Source of the DNA: Eledone cirrhosa
Lineage: Eukaryota
Reading direction: 5' to 3'
DNA length: 64,000 nt
NCBI GenBank assembly: GCA_964016885.1
Contig: OZ024742.1
Coordinates: forward strand, 181,970,001 to 182,034,000
Positions 52,766 to 64,000 of the stretch are shown in pieces (within the stretch, counting starts at the first letter, position 1; each line of letters starts with the position of its first letter). The notes under the pieces are model-generated. The model worked only from the letters and a program-made list of their open reading frames with translations. It ran no database searches and was not told where the DNA came from. Made by a program: the position numbers and the translations under genes.

Positions 52766-54143
52766 GAAAATAGTATAATATTAGGACATACGGATACTCA
52801 TAACGGGAAAAAAATGAACATTAGTACGTAGGAGAATCATACCCACACCTATTATTTTCGCGATAAATGGGCTAGACCTAATACACCAACAAGCTCACTC
52901 TACTTTCCTCCGTTAAATTTAGAAGCTTTAACTTAATAGCAGTAAAATGTAAGCACGATTGAATCCGAATACGGTAGAAATTGAAAATTTTGAAAATAGA
53001 ATTAGAAGCTTTCATTATATAGAAAATAGTCTAGTATGAACATAAAGGAAACATTTTCTAATATTGGGCTATTTTCTGTACTCTATATATAGATAAAGCT
53101 TCTAATTCTATTTTCTAAATTTTCAATAGCTACCGTATTCTAATTCACTCGTACTTAAGTAGTTATTACTATTAAATTATAGCTTCGAGACTGAGAAAAT
53201 AGAGTGGGCATGTTGGTGTTATAGTTCTGGCACACTTATCCTGAAATTAAGAGATATGGGTTCAATTATCTACGTCCTTATGTCCATTTTTCCGTTGTGT
53301 GAGTGTGTACTCGATCCTAGTGCGTGATATTTTGGCCAAGTGTACTTTATCACAGCTTCGGGTAGATCCAGACATTCTGAGTGAAATTGGATAACCGCAA
53401 ACTGTTTGGAAGCCCGTCGGGTGGATTGTACCTTTAATTTAAAGAGACAGCTTTGTCATGTACTGTGTCATATGGAATCTTATTGAAAACTAAGTTATGG
53501 GAACACGTGTCTGTGGAATGATCTGCCTCTTGGGCGTTAATTTCATGAGCAACTCTGTCATTGATTGAACAGCTAAAAGACTCATCGTCGAAATTGACAG
53601 TGATCCATTCTCTCCATGTGTGTATACAAGCGGGACATTAAAATGATCCTACACAATGACCAAAATAACCTAGAGAATATAGGTCTAATCGAATTATCTA
53701 CCATAACGCCAAGGACGGCTTGCTGTTCGTTTCTAAATAGATCGATTAACTAAGTACCTGACTAAATAAAGAATACAATATTCATATATGTGTGTGTCTT
53801 TTGGTGTAAGGTTCGGTATCTGAATAAAGATATTCTTATATATGTAAATATACACATACTACACACGCGCGCATACATGATAAATGCATCGCTTTTTCTC
53901 TTTTACTATGTGTATATATGTATATACGCATACACACACACACACATATGAATGTGTGTATGAATTATATAATTTGTATGAATTAAATTTTGTTTCTATT
54001 CCTATATTTAGAAGCATAGACATTTTAGTATTCAGTTATGTATATATAAGTGTATGCAAATATATATATATATATATAGAGAGAGAGTTTGCGGCACCCT
54101 GCTAAATATGTATATATTTCTATATTTCTATATATATATATAT

Positions 54144-54527
54144 GCAAAGGTTTTATTTAAAATTGTTGGGTTACAACAAGTAAATATTTTATAACTGATA
54201 TAAAGCACTCGACAAGTTTTTGGAGTATATATACGATATAAAACAAACGGAAACTATATTTATAAAACCATATTTATTTCATTATACATATTTCAGGGAT
54301 ACCATATTAAAAATATGGCATGCCTTCGTCAGATAAAATACAATATATAAACAGTTTTATAAATAATATAATATGGTACGTCAAAATTATTTATAAAACT
54401 GTTTATATATTGTATTTTATCTGACGAAGGCATGCCATATTTTTAATATGGTATCCCTGAAACATGTATAATGAAATAAATATGGTTTTATAAATATAGT
54501 TTCCATTTGTTTAATATCGTATATATA
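54144..54527. mobile_element. Palindromic HHR element with one-sided tail (family of 20529-20917)
   Basis: Arms ~54226-54367 / 54386-54527; tail 54144-54225; TA flanks. Confidence 0.85.
54275..54340 (-). ncRNA. Minimal type I hammerhead motif (plus-strand copy at 54413-54478)
   Basis: Minus strand: tattttat CTGACGA aggcatgccatatt-ttt-aatatggtatccct GAAA T-ATGT-A TA atgaaata. Confidence 0.85.
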
Positions 54528-54840
54528 TATATGTGTGTGTGTGTGCGTGTGTGTGTGTGAGTGTGTTTAAACATATACATACACATATATGACAACCACA
54601 CACACATATACAATAACCAGTGTGAATGATAACGATTAACTTGGAGCTGTGCAGTATTTCTGTCTCCAACGAGATATACGATTCAATTATCGTATCACTA
54701 AATTAAACTATTTATTACATCTAGTACATCTGAGCTATTGTTACACAGAAATCTTAATATGTTTTATCTGTTACTACGAGTATATATATATATATATATA
54801 CATACATATATATATATACATATATATACATATATATACA

Positions 54841-54892
<52 letters not shown>

Positions 54893-54924
54893 AATATATA
54901 TATTTGTACATATATATGTATATA

Positions 54925-55052
<128 letters not shown>

Positions 55053-55077
55053 CATATATATATGTAAATATATATAT

Positions 55078-55150
<73 letters not shown>

Positions 55151-55156
<6 letters not shown>

Positions 55157-55363
55157 ACGAATTACAACTTTGTCTGATTTATTCGTTTTATTTATAATCC
55201 TCTAAAATTTATAATGGTATTAGAATGAAATAGTATGGTAGAATATTAAATGAACACTTAACATTTAATATTCTACCATACTATTTCATTCTAATACCAT
55301 TATAAATTTTAGAGGATTATAAATAAAACGAGTAAATCAGACAAAGTTGGAATCCCTTTTATT
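55151..55363. repeat. ~100-bp-arm AT-rich palindrome next to (TA)n, no HHR core
   Basis: Arms 55151-55252 / 55262-55363. Confidence 0.85.
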
Positions 55364-55478
55364 AATATAAACTTCTACACACAATCATACACACCCGTGT
55401 ATATTTATTTATATATAGATAAATATACACGGGTGTGTATATCTATCTATATATATATATATATATATACATATATAT

Positions 55479-55589
<111 letters not shown>

Positions 55590-55592
55590 TAT

Positions 55593-55623
<31 letters not shown>

Positions 55624-55624
55624 C

Positions 55625-55669
<45 letters not shown>

Positions 55670-56773
55670 TAAATATAAAAGTGGATGAATACTTCAACAG
55701 GTACTATGTACTTGTAGAAATATGCAAGTTGTTTATAATATTTGTGGCTCAATGGTACTAATTCGAGACACCAGAACAATATATTTATATATATACATAT
55801 ATATACATATATATATACATATATATATATATACATATATATATACATATATATATATATACATATATAAATATATATATTTGTGTATATATATATATAT
55901 ATATAATCTGCTAGTTCTTTACAGATAACTTATAAGGAAGACGGAGAGCAAATTATTAGATGTTATATTATCAATTTGTGTGCGCCATTACCAAATTATG
56001 ACGCAGAAAATTGTATTAATCTAGTATTGAAGTAAATTAGTAAGCTATGTTATGTTATAGATTTTTTTCTTGTTCAGTTTCATATTAGACCATAAGAATT
56101 TTCAGAAATCTGCACTCTGCAGAAACATAGTGCAAGTGATGTATAAACAAATGCACACACACACACATACACACACGCGCGCGCGCACACACATTCATAC
56201 ATATGGCAGACTAAATACACACGTGCTTTTAGTCGATATAATTGTTTCCGTTCCTTCCTCTTCTTATTCTCTATCTCTCTCTATTTCTATCTTACGATTA
56301 AGGACTAATGTCCAAAACATTTAGACTCGTTTCCTACTATAGCAAGCAGTAAACTAATATATTTCTTCATTGTAGTGTATTGTTTGCTTTCTTGTATCCG
56401 TTTACTTTTTGCATATATATTCTTCCCCTACATAGACTATTCTTCAGGTTTGTAGACGCCCTCGTCACTCTCTCTCTCTCTTTCTCTCTCGCTATCTATA
56501 TATATATATATAAATAGAGAGAGAGAGAGAGTGATAGAGAGAGAAAGAGAGAGGGGGAGTGTCTTAACGTTTTAGGCACTAGTCTTTCATCAAATAGAAG
56601 CAGAGGGAATGGAGGATGTCTAGGAGAGAGAAGAGAAAGGAAAGGAGAAGTAAAAGAAAGAGAGACGAGACTAAAAAATAATATAGGGACAAAAGATCGT
56701 AGAATACTTGTGTTGTTGTTAGTCATTTTCTTAACTATTATTTGTAATGCTCTACTATTATTTCGGTCATTTG

Positions 56774-56956
56774 GCGGTGGATTGGCAGTATCGGTAGAGG
56801 GTCGGACGCCATGCTTTCCAGCATAGTTACGTCCCTTAACGATCTGAGTTCAAATCCCGCCGAAGTTGACTATGCCTTTCATCCTTACGAGGTCGATAAA
56901 ATAAAGTACCAGTAATGCACTGGGTAATTGCTGGCCTTGTGCCAAAAGTAGAAACA
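56774..56956 (+). mobile_element. tRNA-derived SINE (family A) with 17-bp target-site duplication
   Basis: attatttcggtcatttg at 56757-56773 and 56957-56973; B-box-like gagttcaaatccc. Confidence 0.9.
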
Positions 56957-57292
56957 ATTATTTCGGTCATTTGCCTCGGGAGGCAAATATTTTTTAAAAT
57001 CCCATTCTCCCAATGATTAACTCAAATGATTTGTTTACACATCTAGGTACTCACTAAAAAGACGGAATTGATGGCTAGCTGCGTTTTACTGTAAGGATTA
57101 ACAAACATCCGCCAGCCGAGAAAGGAGGAATTTGGTTCTTTCAGGTGCCTCTATCCACTAGTATACGGACCCCAGGAATATTTTACACAGTTTTCTCAAC
57201 TAATCTGCTCACACGTATTGAGTGCTTATACATTTAATATTTGAACGTTTTACATACTGTAATATTTAAAACATCCATTTCAGTATATATCA

Positions 57293-58900
57293 TCTATATA
57301 TATAAAGTGAAGATGGGCATTGTTTGGTGTTCCGAACTTGCATGCTACACCGTTCATCCAATTTTCACGAAACCTCACACATATATAAAACTCAACGCGT
57401 AGAGTGGAATAGGCTACTTGAAATTTTCGAAAACTCGATAATCGGGCCCTATGACAGAATGTTTTTCGATTCCAATGAAATTTTATGTGAATTAGAACAC
57501 AAGAACTCTTAGTTTACATCTGGCGCAATAAAAATAAATTTCATATTCCCATATAAGGACGTGCGTTATTGATTGGACGGCCAGCTGTCTCAGTAAACGA
57601 CCGACCATTAAAGAGTTTATCTTTTCATATTCCACCCTATCTGAAAGGGGAACCAAATTTAATGGTGTCTTTTGTGATGCTAAAAGCTGTGCGTAAATTT
57701 TCAAACAGTCTTAAATAATTATGCTTTTTGAAAAAAAATATTACTAAATAATACGTTGACCAAGTTGTATTGTACACATACAAAGTTGTAAAAAATGTTA
57801 CGTCTGTATCCAATGTTTTTCCTTTTTTAAACAAAAGGTTCTAAAAAATTACTTAATTTATAATACTACAGTTACAGTCTTTTGCACAGGAAGTGAGTAC
57901 CTTTTCGGGTGTTTAAACGTAAGTTCACCAGGGTTCGTGTCTTCATTATTAGCCCACCTCTAATGGCATTTTTTGTTCTGCTTACGACTAAATGTTATGA
58001 GCGTATTTGCAATTAATTGCGAAGACGTGCACACATTTTGGCCGAGAAGCATCCTGTGTAGCATCGCGTCTTCTAAAGCGATCAACATGCCATCCACTGT
58101 CCTCACAATTGACTCACAACTCCTCATCTATTCCCTGCGACGCCCCTAAACATCATCAGCATGGCTTATTTTTCTGCCGCGTTTAACCGGCCCTCATTCT
58201 AGGTCATAAACAACCAAACCGCATGTCTATTTAAATTAATGGTCAAAATATTCAGCAAAACAATTATACCAATTCTTCCCCTTCACCTCCAAGGCCTAGC
58301 CATTATATCTTATAGGTCGGGATTCGCAATTTCTACGATTTCAATATTGACACAACAATCCGTCAGGTTTTTCGGCACATTTTGCTCCGATAGGAATATC
58401 AACGTGATTTTCACTTAATTCGTAAGTGTTCAATCTTCCGTATGCTTTTATTTTTTTATACAACACCGACTACAATCACCTAACTTCACTTTGTAGGGTA
58501 GACGCGAATCACAAGGGAAACAATCCTGTTATATACAACACCACCAAATTCTTTGGTCTACCTAGATTTCAATGGCTATATCCTTTGCTTTTGTCGGTTG
58601 TACATTTGACAATGTCGCAAAACATTACTCCACTTGATTCTTACCTTTCAGCTATGAATTGGGCAGTGCCTTAAAATCCCGTTTTATTTGCGTGCAAATT
58701 TTTTGTATCTTATGTATGGAGAATCGAAAACCCTTTTTCTCATAACCTGATACATGCGTTACACATGCTCCATGGATGTTTGTGGACTATTTTTTCAAAA
58801 TACCAGTATCACAGATTGGAGCACAAAAGGAAACGTTTGTTCTTCATTTATTTAAATCCAGCGCCTTATAAACCCGTGTGTATCCGGGTACACTAGCTAG
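57293..58900 (+). mobile_element. Non-autonomous Helitron
   Basis: 5' a|TCtatatatataaagtgaag; 3' hairpin acccg-tgtgtatc-cgggt followed by CTAG at 58897-58900. Confidence 0.65.
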
Positions 58901-59586
58901 AAAGAGAAATGGAAACATTGATTCCTCGGTCCGATTTGACGAAAGTAGATTTAGTTCCACAGCAAATTAACAGACCATACTTGAAAACACGTTGAGGCTG
59001 TTGCACAGGGCAATAACCCTAGATACAATTTTGATCAACTTTTTTCACCTATAGCAAATTTACCGGGACAGGTTTTTAGCTACTCAAATCTACTTCAGAG
59101 ATCACGCATTGATGTAAAAAATCAATAAAACTGAAGCGGGGCTCGACTTTGCGCAAAAAAGCAAGGCAAAGTTACACATGGGAAAACTTTTTACAGGAAC
59201 GTCCTATATTCTTGAAAACTGTCACAAAAGACTCGCCATTATGCCGCGGTTAAGATAAAGGCCGTTTTAATTCTTCTTCTGCACATGTGAGCGCAAAAAT
59301 TGTAAAAAAAAAAAAAACCCTGAAAGTAATCGACATTTTCACCCTGCTTTAAATTAACTGAACATTCAATATCAAGCGATTTTGACTTCCGTCAGTCGTG
59401 CAGAGAACAATTTCAACGATACACTGTGTAACTACAATTAATAAATTACACACCTGCGTCTACTAACCTATTTTCTTTCATTGAAGTTCGAAGTTTTGAA
59501 ACTGTGATGCGCGGGAAGTAACTTTCACACATTCTAACAGACCAAAGGTCGACTTACACCCGGGCAACGCCGAGTACTTCTGCTAG
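58901..59586 (+). mobile_element. Helitron 3' segment
   Basis: Ends acccgggcaacgccgagtacttctgCTAG|t, a hairpin plus CTAG terminus. Confidence 0.6.
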
Positions 59587-59866
59587 TTACCTATAAAAGG
59601 CAGATTGTTGTTGTTGTGTGTGTGTGTGTGCATGTTCCATGTTTATACATTTGCACAATTTCAAACCGATTCGAGTCAAAGTCTGTAAGAATGTTGTAAA
59701 TGGTATAACTTAAATCAACAACTATTTATTTATTTCAAAATCACCCACAATTACGGAAATAATCGATAAAACTAAATACATGACGCTTTACCCCTCTCTC
59801 TACTCCCCTTAAAAATCGAAAAAAAAAATACATACTGCAACATACCCACTCCTTACTAATTTCCTT

Positions 59867-59946
<80 letters not shown>

Positions 59947-60120
59947 AATAAAGGAGTGAGCCAGAGAGTGAGAGACAGAGACAAACGTTAAATACATGAC
60001 GCTTTATCCCTCTAATACAATTTGATTTCCTCTCTCTACTCCCCTTAAAAATCGAAAAAAAATACATGCTGCAACCTTCTCTTATATACGCTTATAAACC
60101 CACTCCTAAATAATTTCCTT

Positions 60121-60210
<90 letters not shown>

Positions 60211-63200
60211 AAGGAGTGAGCCAGAGAGTGAGTGACAGAGACAAACGTCAAATACATGACGCTTACATTTTATACCAAACTACAATTATTCAAAAGCAAC
60301 ATAAATTTATTCAACAACTAGAAAAATAGCGACAAATCTTTTTTTAAAACATCTATAATCCAACTCACACACAATTACATTTTGTGTATAACATATTTAC
60401 ACGTTTATTGAGTGATAAAAAAACCACATAGGGATTTTTGGCCAAACAACTTCAAATTGCTGACAGAAGCGCGCTTTCAACAAACTGTGAGTTATTTATT
60501 TGCCGTTCGTTCTCCCATTTTTTCCCCTGCTGAACGCCGACAGTTTTCAGCCTTATACTTTCAAAGGCAATTTTGCTGTAGAAGTAACTTTCACCCTTTC
60601 TTTTTCACATAAAATGCCACCTAAAAAGAGAAGTCGCCTCGGTCGCCATACCGCGTCAGTGGTGGCGCAGAGGGCGATTACAGCAAACGAGCCTCCGAGA
60701 AAACTGCTTTAAGACTTTCACAGAGCGCCTTCCGTTCAGCGGAATGCAGAGCTGCTGAAAGTTTTCAACAACGCACCGGACGCCTAGCCAAGATGGCTTC
60801 ATACGACGCCTCGAGACGTGCTGCGATGTGCGATTCAGAGCGGGCGATACGTCATTCCCCAAAAACCGTTTCTACTGCTGCTTCCAGGGCTTCAGAGGGC
60901 CCGCAAAAATGGTCGACTCGCCTGACTAGAAACGCTGCGGCTACTGCTGCTTCCAGGGCTTCGGAAGGTTTGGAACGGCGGACGAATCGCCTTGCTAGGA
61001 ACAAAGCGGTAATGACTGCTTCCATGGCTTCTGAAGATGCAGACGGGCGCTCCATTAGGATTGCAAGGGTGGCTTCTGCTACTGATGCGCGAGCTTCCCA
61101 CGACCCACAGGGTAAACATTCTACGTTGGAGCGGAACAGTCGACGACAAGAAGCTGCCCACGGTGTGACGAGCCCCAACAGCCCATACTGGGACCTACGG
61201 GCTTTCAAGTATGAACCCAACGTTAACTACTCGATGCGTGCCGACATAAATATAGGGGAAATGCGCTTCAATTGCAAATTCTGCAATGCTACAAAGTGGG
61301 CTGGGGAGCCACCTGCAATGTGCTGCTTAAACGGTAAGGTCAGCTTGCCCCCTCTTGGTTCTACCTCAAGGTCATCCAAATTCCTTCAGCTCATCAGGAA
61401 GTACAATTGTGCGTTTCAAGTGACTCCTTTCGGGGCTAACGTTGTCAGGGAAAGTGGTTGGATGCCTACTTTCAAGGTCCAGTGGCAGGTGTACCATCTT
61501 ATTGGGTCGCTCCACCCACTACAAAATTGCAAGCCCTCGTTACTTCAAATTTACTTCATTTCTAACTACAGTAGGCAAGTTCATGCGCGGTTCGGCGTTA
61601 TTCCAACACCTGCAAACACTGACGCTGACACTTTTGAAAGGGACGTGCTGCTTGGTCTTCAAAACATGCTTCATGAGCACAACAGTTATATTCTCAGTTT
61701 CAAATACGCATTGGAAACAAACCCTTCACCAAACTTCACCATTGTCATCGATGCTGACAAAAGACCTTCTGGGGAGCACGCACGCCGTTATAACGCTCCT
61801 TCGTGCAATGAAGTGGCCGTAGATATCCATGCTGAACAGCACAATAAGCGAGACATAGTTCTTCAAAGTCGTGACAGTGGTCTTCGACGTATTAATGAGA
61901 CGCATCGTTCATACGACGCCCTGCAGTATCCCATTCTTTTTGCATACGGAGAAGACGGGTACCATTTCGCATTCCTCAGCGCAAACCAAACAAGCCCACT
62001 GCTGCGACATCTAAAACTGTTTCATGTATGGCTTTATACTCATACCGCTTCATGACGAGGCCTAACGATTTCAGCACCCTGCACAGGTCACGGGAACTGT
62101 TTCACCAGTTTGCAGTTGACATGGCTGCAAAGATGGAGTCGGAGAGACTGTGCTTCATAAAATTGAATCAGAAGCAGCTGCGCTCAGACTCCTACATCCA
62201 TTTGCGTGACGGCATCAGGAATGACACTAACCTCCGGAACATCGGCAAAATGTGCATTCTTCCCTCAACATATACGGGGGGGGGCACATGCACGAGCGAA
62301 CACAGGACGCTATGACGTTCGTTCGGCATTATGGGCGCCCCGATTTATTCATCACGTTTACGTGTAACCCCAAGTGGGTTGAGGTTACGCGGGAACTTAT
62401 CCCAGGGCAGCAGTATTTCCATGGGCATGATATTATTGCCAGGGTTTTCAGGCAGAAGCTGGTTAAGCTAATTGATCTAATAAAAAAAGGGAAGGTTTTC
62501 GGGCCTGTTAGGTGCCACATGTATACTGTTGAGTGGCAAAAGAGAGGGTTGCCACACGCGCACATTTTGGTTTGGTTGGTCACCAAAATAGACCCTACAG
62601 TTCTTGATGACGTCATCGCAGCGGAAATACCGGACCCCTTTGTTGACCGGCAGCTGTACGACATTGTGAAGGTACACATGGTGCACGGTCCGTGCGGTCC
62701 CGGTTTTCAAATGTTCTCCTCATGCCACAAGGACCAAGTGTGCAACACTAAACGATACCCAAAGAGGTTTGTTGAGGAGACCCAGACCGCCGGCGACGGA
62801 TACCCACTGTACAGCCGAAGGCGGCCTGAGAACGGTGGATTCACTATGACGTTACGGGGTCATCAAGTTGATAATAGGTGGGTGGTCCCGTACTGTACAT
62901 TTCTGATGAAAACTTTCAACGATCATATACATGTGGAGTTCTGTCATTCAGTGAAGTCGATAAAGTACATGTGGAAATATGTTAACAAGGGTTCTGACGC
63001 TGCCATGTTCGGCCTTCAAAACGACAATAGCAGGGACGAGGTCTCGGAGTACTTAGCAGGTCGATATATCAGCAGTGGTGAAGCTTTTTGGCGGATATTC
63101 GGGTTTCCACTTCACCAAAGACACCCCGCCATCATACAACTAGCGGTTTATTTGGAAAACGGCCAGCGGGCTTACTTTACTGAACAGATTGCTGCTCATT

Positions 63201-64000
63201 TGGCGGCCAATCCAAAAGAAACAACTTTGGCTGTTTTTTTTACGCTTTGCCAACTTGACACATTTGCAAAAAACACTTTCATATCCTCAGGTCCCGTCCT
63301 ACTACGTGCGGTCAACACTTGGGTGCGTAGGAAGTCAGGTCAAGATGTTGAAGGACATCCTGGTGTCAAGTTTGACAGTTGTCTAGGAAGAGTGTACACT
63401 GTACCTCCCAACCAGCATGAGTGTTTTCACCTGCGCCTTCTCCTCCATGAGGTTTTTGGCCCACAAAGCTTTCGAGACATAAGAACTGTTGACGGTGGAT
63501 TATGTGATACTTTCCGGGAAGCCTGCTTTAGGCGTGGCCTTTTGGAGGATGATTCACAATGGGGTGCCACTATGGCAGAGGGCATTTTGTTGAAATCTCC
63601 TAAACTAAGATCGCTTTTCGATATTCTACTCCTATGGTGCGACTTGGGTGATCCGGCCTCTTTATGGCTTAGCTACAAAGATTACATGTCTGAAGATTTC
63701 CTGCGTCACGCTCAGTTGCTAAACCCATCGATGGAGGTCGGGTACAGTGATCTCATTTACAACAGGGCGCTGCTTGAAATCGAAGATACTGTTCTCGATA
63801 TGGGGGGTAGTGCGTTGGCGGTGTATGGCCTATCTTCAACAAACCGGGAAGGCGGAAACACTCTGTCTTCGGATTTGCTGCGTGAGACATCTTATAATGT
63901 TGACGAGCTTGCCCAGTACATAGCGGAGAGTGAGCCAAAACTCCTTCCAGAACAGAAATTCGCTTACAACTCGGTTGTTAATTCTGTCCGGAGCAAAGCT
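59587..64000 (+). mobile_element. Formerly autonomous Helitron, continues beyond the window
   Basis: Starts directly after the CTAG with ..cctataaaaggcagattg(tg)n; duplicated (GA)n-containing block at ~59770-60265; Rep coding region from 60613. Confidence 0.75.
60613..64000 (+). pseudogene. Helitron Rep/helicase polyprotein (Rep region), multiple frameshifts and stops
   Basis: CKFCNA.KW.GE...CC.NGKV, IRKYNCAF, QVYHLIGSL, YDALQYPILF.YGEDG, LPSTYTGG, DLFITFTCNPKW, VEWQKRGLPHAHIL, MVHGPCG, KYVNKG, RYISSGEAFWRIFGF. Confidence 0.9.

Overview
Repeat-saturated, AT-rich animal genomic DNA with no recognisable host exon. The SINE families, microsatellite density and TE mix suggest a coleoid cephalopod, probably Octopus (inference). 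Nearly all short ORFs in the track are microsatellite artefacts. Coding or formerly coding content is all transposon-derived: a full-length L1/Tx1-type LINE sitting in a (GATA)n tract (ORF2 intact), a decayed Naiad-like Penelope-like element (PLE) with ~1-kb inverted arms, a 5'-truncated Nematis-like PLE (GIY-YIG), a Helitron cluster, and remnants of CRE-, RTE- and CR1-like LINEs and a DDE transposase. The main unexpected signal is a dense set of short non-coding elements in (TA)n tracts that carry hammerhead-ribozyme (HHR) motifs. About 9 families contribute about 16 recognisable HHR motifs, plus about 13 mini-elements with only the 3' half of an HHR. Most are head-to-head palindromes with a 3' tail on one arm only. 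The tails of otherwise dissimilar families share a bulged hairpin, ACUC-stem-UN-GAGURC. All folds were derived by eye and are untested.
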